Assembly: GCA_043803945.1 (NCBI GenBank)
Contig: JAZDJN010000016.1
Location: 235,410-299,409 of the forward strand
Direction of reading: 5' to 3'
Length of the DNA stretch: 64,000 bases
Source: a bacterium
Lineage (GTDB): Bacteria > Bacteroidota > Ignavibacteria > UBA10030
In this document: positions 62,300 to 64,000 of the stretch, piece by piece
Position numbering within the stretch: position 1 is the first letter of the stretch
How the letters are laid out: each line of letters begins with the position of its first letter
Made by a program: the position numbers and the translations under genes
Notes under the pieces: model-generated
Told to the model about the DNA's origin: nothing
Seen by the model: the letters and a program-made list of their open reading frames with translations, nothing else
Databases searched by the model: none

Positions 62300-64000
62300 T
62301 TATGCAGCCAATGATAAATGAGTCTGAATCACAGTCACCGCCATGATGTCGAAGATGCCTCCCGTGTCTCTATATTTTGGGTCGGCGATTTCTTCATACC
62401 GCCCAAGCTCCTGGTAGGTGTTTTGAATCTCTCCGTTAACCTGGCCGCGATATGCGCCTTCGAGATAGACACGGTCTTCAAGGTGCGCGCGGACGGTGGT
62501 TCGGATAACCGGGTCGGCAGATTTTTCTTCGGTGACTTGCTTGATGTAGAGGGCTTCCTCGTCGGTGATGTCGAACTTGGCGCGAATCTCGTCAATCATG
62601 TCTTGGACGGAAACCTTCTTGGACGGCAGGCCGATGCCTGTCTTGCGATTGCCTCGCTTCAGCTTCACAGGTCCGGCGCTGGTCGTGACGCCCTGATACT
62701 CGACAGCGGCCTTGATGACCTCCGTTTGCAGGATCTGTTTCATCAGGTCGGACACGCTGCCTTGCTTGATGAGTTGCGGGCCGACGTATTCGGCGAACGT
62801 GGCGAACTCCTTCAACTCTGCCGCGTAGGTAAAGAAGCACGTCAGGAAATGGAAGCTCTTGACGTGGCGGGCGAGCAGATAGACGAACGACTTCCGCTCC
62901 TCACTGTCCGCAATCTTTGCCTGAAACCGTGTGCGCACCGCGTTGACGAAAAACTGCACCTGCGCATCCGTGCCGGTGGCGACCAGTTTAACGAAATCAG
63001 CGGCATCCTTCTGCATGAACACCCCCGCCGCCAGAATTTCGGCGTAGAGCTTCGGGCAAAGTTCTTGGTCCGGTTCCTCCGGCTCGAACGGCGTGCCTTT
63101 GCGATATTTCTGAAACGCCTTGAGGATGGCTGTCGCGTTGTTGGTGAAGTCTACGACCACTACATCCTTCTTGCCTTCGTGACAGCGGTTCAGGCGCGAC
63201 ACCGTCTGCACAGCGTTGCGGTCCACGACGGGCTTGTCGAGGAACATACCGGCGAGCAACGGTTGGTCGAAGCCAGTCTGGAACTTGTTCGCCACGATCA
63301 TGAGCCGGTAGTCTTCGCCCTCGAAACGTTCCTCGATCAACTCGCCGTCTTTAAGCTCGTTGACGGCGTGCTCGCGGATTTCCGCGTTGGTTTCGGGATG
63401 TGTGAAATCTGAGAAGGCGTAGAGGACTTTGTAATTCGTGCCGCGCTCTTTGAGCTTTTCCTTGATGATGTTAAAATAGCGCAACCCGGCCACTCGGGAA
63501 CTGGTGACGATCATCGCCTTGGCCCGGCCTCCGATGAGTGGCATCACGTCCTTCTCGAAGATGCGCAGCATCACCTCGGCCTTGTACTGGATGAGGCCAT
63601 CATCCTGGAAGGCCACGTTCTGGAGCGCCTTGGACACGACGCCTTTGGGATAAAATTTTTCCTCTTCGTCCTGCTGTGGAATAAAATGGCAATGCAAGTT
63701 GTAGAGCGTCTTGTAAGAAATGATGCTGGCCGCCACGTCCACGATGTAGCCTTCGGCGATGGCCTCGGCCTCGGAGTAGGTGTCGAACGGCTCGCCGAAT
63801 AGGGTCAAGGTGGCCGGGGCAGGCGTGGCGGTGAACGCGACGATCATCTGATTGAGGTCATGCTCGCGGATGATCTTGGCGAGTTGCTCCTCCGGGTCAA
63901 GCTCGGGGGCCTCGGCATCAGGTTCGTCCGTTTTGCGGAACGGCAACCGGATGGCCGCGCCCATCTGGCCTTCCTGCGAGCGGTGGGCTTCATCGATCAG
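62300..64000 (-). CDS. hsdR: Type I restriction enzyme R subunit (HsdR-like helicase), 5' part outside the window
   Basis: The frame stays open to the window edge with LIDEAHRSQ, AFTATP, AKAMIVTSSR, ANKFQTGFDQP and QTVSRLNR. Confidence 0.9.
   Translation of the reverse strand: MIDEAHRSQEGQMGAAIRLPFRKTDEPDAEAPELDPEEQLAKIIREHDLNQMIVAFTATPAPATLTLFGEPFDTYSEAEAIAEGYIVDVAASIISYKTLYNLHCHFIPQQDEEEKFYPKGVVSKALQNVAFQDDGLIQYKAEVMLRIFEKDVMPLIGGRAKAMIVTSSRVAGLRYFNIIKEKLKERGTNYKVLYAFSDFTHPETNAEIREHAVNELKDGELIEERFEGEDYRLMIVANKFQTGFDQPLLAGMFLDKPVVDRNAVQTVSRLNRCHEGKKDVVVVDFTNNATAILKAFQKYRKGTPFEPEEPDQELCPKLYAEILAAGVFMQKDAADFVKLVATGTDAQVQFFVNAVRTRFQAKIADSEERKSFVYLLARHVKSFHFLTCFFTYAAELKEFATFAEYVGPQLIKQGSVSDLMKQILQTEVIKAAVEYQGVTTSAGPVKLKRGNRKTGIGLPSKKVSVQDMIDEIRAKFDITDEEALYIKQVTEEKSADPVIRTTVRAHLEDRVYLEGAYRGQVNGEIQNTYQELGRYEEIADPKYRDTGGIFDIMAVTVIQTHLSLAA

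Noticed and set aside
62318-63412. 364-aa plus-strand ORF
   Set aside because: Antisense shadow of GC-rich hsdR, with no motifs.

Overview
Chromosomal window from an Ignavibacteria/Chlorobi-like (FCB group) bacterium. This is inferred from T9SS C-terminal sorting domains, an RNase P RNA lacking P18, and an 11-subunit complex I. The core genes are pepP (partial), guaB, glutaryl-CoA dehydrogenase, a response-regulator cluster, Nif3-zinc ribbon-rnhA-rnpB-recJ-ruvCAB-mpg, uvrA, rsmB, a sigma54-promoter hsp20x3-dnaK-clpB operon, M28 peptidase-birA-coaX, nuoABCDHIJKLMN, a fused serine dehydratase, glgP, alkD and pduO. There are three accessory segments. (i) About 14.9-22.6 kb: toxin-antitoxin remnants, a nonsense-split T9SS cargo gene, a zinc anti-sigma-like membrane protein, an unusual 343-aa sigma-like protein and a MITE. 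(ii) An AT-rich three-gene cassette with a papain-like Cys/His protein inserted between nuoB and nuoC. (iii) A GC-rich hsdR-radC island edge at the right end. Intergenic DNA carries many miniature, nested palindromic insertions. The best candidates for undescribed systems are the atypical sigma/anti-sigma/T9SS module and the nuo-embedded cassette. All family assignments are by eye, without database searches.
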